Shown piece after piece: positions 24,324-27,698 of a DNA stretch of 27,698 nt; positions within the stretch are counted from its first letter, which is position 1; each line of letters opens with the position of its first letter. The DNA is from a virus (Duplodnaviria > Caudoviricetes): the IMG/VR virus record IMGVR_UViG_3300017911_000217, positions 1-27,698 of that record, one strand, 5' to 3'. The position numbers were made by a program, and so were the translations under genes. The notes beneath the pieces are model-generated. The model was not told the origin of the DNA, ran no database searches, and saw only the letters and a program-made list of their open reading frames with translations.

Positions 24324-24842
24324 ATGGCAAGCATCATAGGCGTTGAAACGCTCCAACATACAAACGGCACTACAGCCGCTACGATTGACAGCAGTGGTCG
24401 TATTCTGCAACCTGCCAAACCAGCATTTAATTTGCAAGGCAACAATTCAAACAATAAAAGTGTGGGTGACGGTGAGGTTTTTGGTGCTACAGATGATGGT
24501 CAAGCGGCTTTTAAAACTTCTGGCGATGGCGCATTTTTACAGGGCGGGATAACATATAATTCTGCTACAGGTGAAATCACCGTTCCTGTTGCTGGTGTCT
24601 ATTATTTATGCGGTATGTTTTATATGAATCAGTCATCTATTGCTCAAGTTACAATAAGACAAAACGGTGCAATTAGGGCGAGAAACTATGATGGTTCAAG
24701 TGCTGTAGGGTCTATGGAGTTGAGCATTGTTTTAAATCTTAATGCCAACGATAAGATAACATATCAACAAGATTCTGGGGCGACTAGAACATTTTACGAA
24801 GGCGCACAACACACATATGTATTTGGCGCACTATTAGGATAA
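24324..24842 (+). CDS. C1q-like domain protein
   Basis: KPAF...YNSATGEITVPVAGVYY...QNG...VLNLNANDKI...FGALLG. Confidence 0.8.
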   Translation: MASIIGVETLQHTNGTTAATIDSSGRILQPAKPAFNLQGNNSNNKSVGDGEVFGATDDGQAAFKTSGDGAFLQGGITYNSATGEITVPVAGVYYLCGMFYMNQSSIAQVTIRQNGAIRARNYDGSSAVGSMELSIVLNLNANDKITYQQDSGATRTFYEGAQHTYVFGALLG

Positions 24843-24852
24843 GGAGAGCGGG

Positions 24853-25338
24853 ATGACTTCAGTATTAAAAGTAGACAACATCCAGAACTCATCTGGAACA
24901 AATGCGCTTAGCATTGACAGCAGTGGTCGTATCCTTACTCCAGCAAGGCCAGCGTTTGCGGCTCGCACCAGTGCTACTACAGGCGCAACATCTACAGTTA
25001 AGTTTGGAACAGAAATTTTTGACCACGGCGGTAACTACGACACAACAAACTATCGTTTTACAGCCCCGATTGCTGGTCTTTATTTCTTCGAGGTTCACGT
25101 TTTGACAGAAAGAAGCACAGCCATATATGAAGTCTCGATAGATTTAGAAAAAAACGGCACTATTTTTGAGCGTCTTTATTCTGCTAAAGGAGACGCTTCT
25201 AATCACCATCTAGAGATTCGAGGTTCTACTTTAGTAGAGTTAGCCGCAAATGATTACGTTGATGTGTATAACAATTCTTCAAGAAGCATTATCACTTCAG
25301 ACAAGCATTGTATATTCAATGGCTACCTAATCGGATAG
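24853..25338 (+). CDS. C1q domain protein
   Basis: RPAFAA...VKF....DHGGNYDTTNYRFTAPIAGLYFF...KNG...VELAANDYV.V...FNGYLIG (canonical C1q signature). Confidence 0.88.
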   Translation: MTSVLKVDNIQNSSGTNALSIDSSGRILTPARPAFAARTSATTGATSTVKFGTEIFDHGGNYDTTNYRFTAPIAGLYFFEVHVLTERSTAIYEVSIDLEKNGTIFERLYSAKGDASNHHLEIRGSTLVELAANDYVDVYNNSSRSIITSDKHCIFNGYLIG

Positions 25339-25347
25339 GAGACTGAT

Positions 25348-25869
25348 ATGGCACTTACACGAATAAACAATCAGGCTCTTACCGATGTGACAGAATTGCC
25401 AGCAAACGTAGATTTGCAACGCCCTGTAGTTACAGCAAGGAAAGGTTCTCCGCAATCTATCACTCGAGCAACTTGGACAAAGGTAACTGGCTTTACAACC
25501 AATGAGCATGACAGCCACAGTGCTTGGGATGGAAGCAAGTTTACTGTGCCATCAGGCCAAGCGGGTCGATACCTTGTTTCTTGCTTCTTGTATTTAGACT
25601 TTACAGATGCTGGTAGCGATGGAGAGCAAGCCAGAGGTGCAATTTATATTAATGGTACTTTAAATGCCATATTTGGCGGTTTGTCTATGGCTAATGGTGG
25701 TCGTCATATATATTACCACAATTCTACAGGTTCTCTTGTTTATGACTTAAGTGTTGGGGATGAGGTTGAGTTTTACGCTTATATGCAAGACGATACCGCA
25801 AGTGGCACTTTATATGTACACGGTGGGCCTACCAACGGCTCACAGATTGGCATTTCGAGGATTGATTGA
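25348..25869 (+). CDS. C1q-like domain protein
   Basis: DSHSAWDGSKFTVPSGQAGRYLV...IYING...DLSVGDEVEFY. Confidence 0.75.
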   Translation: MALTRINNQALTDVTELPANVDLQRPVVTARKGSPQSITRATWTKVTGFTTNEHDSHSAWDGSKFTVPSGQAGRYLVSCFLYLDFTDAGSDGEQARGAIYINGTLNAIFGGLSMANGGRHIYYHNSTGSLVYDLSVGDEVEFYAYMQDDTASGTLYVHGGPTNGSQIGISRID

Positions 25870-26036
25870 TGGATAACGGTACACGCATCGCGGTAGAACT
25901 ATCAGTGGCAGGGGTAACCTTCGCCAGTTTTATGGATGCGTTGCCAGCCATTGCCGCTGGGTTTGCGGCGGTTTATTATGTGGCTATGACTGTTGAAGCA
26001 GTAGTAAGGATGCGAGGCAAATGGAACAAAGATTAA
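25869..26036 (+). CDS. 55-aa holin-like membrane protein
   Basis: Hand-translated MDNGTRIAVELSVAGVTFASFMDALPAIAAGFAAVYYVAMTVEAVVRMRGKWNKD; hydrophobic core with basic tail; TGATG overlap with the upstream gene. Confidence 0.6.
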   Translation: MDNGTRIAVELSVAGVTFASFMDALPAIAAGFAAVYYVAMTVEAVVRMRGKWNKD

Positions 26037-26218
26037 CACAATTAATCTGCGGCCTGTTGTCTGCCGCCGTGATCTGGGGCTTCTCAACAATCAATAAGTT
26101 GCAGTTGCAGGTAAACACAATGGAGACCGGACATATCAGCGCACATGAGTTTAATGAGTTGCGCCGCAGTGTAGACCGCCTGACCTTATTGCTTGAATTA
26201 CAGGCGGCAGAAAAATGA
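26021..26218 (+). CDS. Small membrane-anchored coiled-coil protein
   Basis: GAGG SD; N-terminal hydrophobic segment followed by a heptad-like region. Confidence 0.6.
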   Translation: MEQRLTQLICGLLSAAVIWGFSTINKLQLQVNTMETGHISAHEFNELRRSVDRLTLLLELQAAEK

Positions 26219-26406
26219 TAAAGTTTGTCTTCGTATTGCTGATGATCCTTCCTGATGGTCAGACTAAGATGAAGACAGAACTTGTTGAGCGTTGCCCACC
26301 AAAGGCTGGTGTGGAACAGATATTTAACGAAGCGAAGCGGGAAGGCCACATCTTAGATTGGGCCGCAACCTGCGTAACCTATAAGTTTAATCTTGAAGCG
26401 TCATGA
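26215..26406 (+). CDS. Small protein with hydrophobic N-terminus and two Cys
   Basis: MIKFVFVLLMILPDG...C...C; ATGA overlaps at both ends. Confidence 0.6.
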   Translation: MIKFVFVLLMILPDGQTKMKTELVERCPPKAGVEQIFNEAKREGHILDWAATCVTYKFNLEAS

Positions 26407-26573
26407 CACTAGAAAATGTTATCTTCACAATGTGGCCACAATTAGTTGCACTGGTCATGATTGCGTGGCTGATCTCCCGGCTGTCGGAGAAGATCGCACA
26501 AGCAGAGAAAAAAATAACGGTCTTGTTTGAGTTGATAAACAAGATGCGGGACGATTGGAATAGTAAAAAGTAA
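26403..26573 (+). CDS. 56-aa membrane-anchored coiled-coil protein
   Basis: Hand-translated MTLENVIFTMWPQLVALVMIAWLISRLSEKIAQAEKKITVLFELINKMRDDWNSKK. Confidence 0.65.
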   Translation: MTLENVIFTMWPQLVALVMIAWLISRLSEKIAQAEKKITVLFELINKMRDDWNSKK

Positions 26574-26596
26574 ACGCTTATTTAATCGGGGGATTG

Positions 26597-27013
26597 ATGA
26601 TAGGCGAAACAACAAAGGGTCTGGCGGCTGAATATCTTGCGGCAGCCGCAGTGTTAGAGCAGGGCTGGCGGGTGTCTCTCAGCCAGCAAGACAAGGTTGA
26701 TTTAGTCGCGTGGAACGATGACAGGTTTGTGAGAATACAGGTCAAGGGTAGTAGCCTGCGGCATGATAGCGGCAGGTCGCCATCATATCAATTTCAACTA
26801 GGGTCGGGCAGTAAGAAGAAGGTGCTGCCAACAGTAAAAGATTATGACGTTATCGCGCTCGTTGGAATACATCACCGCCGCACGTTCTTCTTGCCAACCG
26901 AGGCGGTGCAACAGTACAGTAAGCGCGTTAACCCGCGCAGGTTTGAGATGCCTGAGATTGAGGCTGAAACGTGGCAGAAAACGATTGAGGTGGTAAATGC
27001 TAGATTGGGATAA
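26597..27013 (+). CDS. PD-(D/E)XK endonuclease (PDDEXK_5-like)
   Basis: G.AAEY.A....L..GW.V......VDLVA......RIQVK motif; ATG 26597 (or TTG 26594). Confidence 0.8.
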   Translation: MIGETTKGLAAEYLAAAAVLEQGWRVSLSQQDKVDLVAWNDDRFVRIQVKGSSLRHDSGRSPSYQFQLGSGSKKKVLPTVKDYDVIALVGIHHRRTFFLPTEAVQQYSKRVNPRRFEMPEIEAETWQKTIEVVNARLG

Positions 27014-27371
27014 GTATCCAAATTTCACCAAAGAAGAATTTGATTGTAGTCAGACTAACTGCAATGAGATGGTGCATAGTTTTATGGCGTTGCTTCAGCA
27101 ACTGCGTGATGAACTTGGTGAGCCGATCCGCATCACCAGCGGATACCGCGACCCACGCCATAGCGTGGAAGCCTCTAAGAGCGCGCCCGGTGTCCACACC
27201 AGAGGCTTGGCGTGTGACATAGCCTGCGATGGCCAGCAAGCCTACAGGATCATTCAGATCGCCATTAAACTAGGTTTCACTGGCATCGGTGTAAAGCAAT
27301 CAGGTCACGGTCGGTTTGTCCATCTGGACACATACACTGGGTCACCGCGTCCGAACATATGGAGTTATTAA
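26997..27371 (+). CDS. Peptidase M15A-family Zn peptidase, probable endolysin
   Basis: NFT.EEFDC...L..LR...G.PI.ITSGYR...H..G.A.DI...GFTGIG...FVHLD (H, D, H ligands); SD GAGGTGG. Confidence 0.9.
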   Translation: MLDWDKYPNFTKEEFDCSQTNCNEMVHSFMALLQQLRDELGEPIRITSGYRDPRHSVEASKSAPGVHTRGLACDIACDGQQAYRIIQIAIKLGFTGIGVKQSGHGRFVHLDTYTGSPRPNIWSY

Positions 27372-27698
27372 ATGTTACCATTGCTTATGAAAATATTTGG
27401 AAGCAAAGACGTCATCAGCCAAGGCATGAAGTTAATTGATGACATTCATGTTTCTGAGACTGAGGCTGTCGAGGTAAAGACAAAGGCCAGGATTGATTTG
27501 ATGCAGGCAGACGCGCCGTTCAAACTGGCGCAGCGTTATCTTGCGCTGATGTTCACCGTCGCATATCTGCTGTGCTTTGCCATCACCTTGGGCATGACGC
27601 TCTATGGTCAGGGCAACATTGATGGTGTGAGAGATGTGCTAAACGAATATTATGTGGGTGAGATCATGCTGACCATCATCGCCTTTTACTTTGGCGGC
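27372..27698 (+). CDS. Holin (3TM / GTA-holin-like), 3'-truncated
   Basis: Open to the window end: MLPLLMKIFGSKDVI..G.KLIDD...APFKLAQRYLALMF (TM) ... IMLTIIAFYFGG; follows the endolysin. Confidence 0.75.
   Translation, partial: MLPLLMKIFGSKDVISQGMKLIDDIHVSETEAVEVKTKARIDLMQADAPFKLAQRYLALMFTVAYLLCFAITLGMTLYGQGNIDGVRDVLNEYYVGEIMLTIIAFYFGG

Noticed and set aside
19446-25869. Diversity-generating retroelement or invertible shufflon (BPP-1-like structural genes prompted the check)
   Set aside because: I saw no reverse transcriptase, no ~100-bp TR/VR pair differing at adenines, no recombinase and no inverted cassettes in the window.
1-27698. Apparent scarcity of CCWGG sites (restriction/Dcm avoidance)
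   Set aside because: This is an impression only, and at least one CCAGG occurs near 27487. It needs a Markov-model k-mer count that I cannot run.
1-27698. tRNA, rRNA, integrase/att sites, IS elements, alternative genetic code
   Set aside because: None were recognised. Genes tile densely under code 11, with TAA, TAG and TGA all used as stops.

Overview
A co-oriented (+ strand) segment of a tailed dsDNA phage genome with podovirus (T7/BPP-1/HTVC010P-like) structural organisation. An aquatic/marine alphaproteobacterial host is inferred, not shown. Gene order: C-terminal part of an AAA_25/RepA-type SF4 helicase, an iteron-like repeat region, a protein with an SSB-like DDEIPF tail, an HTH initiator-like protein, a C-rich intergenic element, DUF6378-like, TerS, a Zn-ribbon protein, TerL, a GNAT, a cluster of small basic proteins, portal, Bbp19-like, scaffold, major capsid, tail tubular A/B, four internal-virion/ejection-type proteins (one carrying an ADP-ribosyltransferase-like domain), a tail fibre, a modular array of fibre/C1q-like receptor-binding proteins, and a lysis region (small membrane proteins, PD-(D/E)XK nuclease, peptidase M15 endolysin, partial 3TM holin). 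Family names come from motif recognition by eye; no database search was run. The most interesting non-obvious signals are (i) a complete minus-strand small-RNA unit (near-consensus sigma70 promoter, anti-Shine-Dalgarno UCCUCCC loop, UUCG terminator) right after terL, (ii) a capsid-gene leader with two mirror-image copies of the same asymmetric RNA internal loop, (iii) the ART-like domain among the ejection genes, and (iv) the mix-and-match adaptor/head architecture of the receptor-binding genes.
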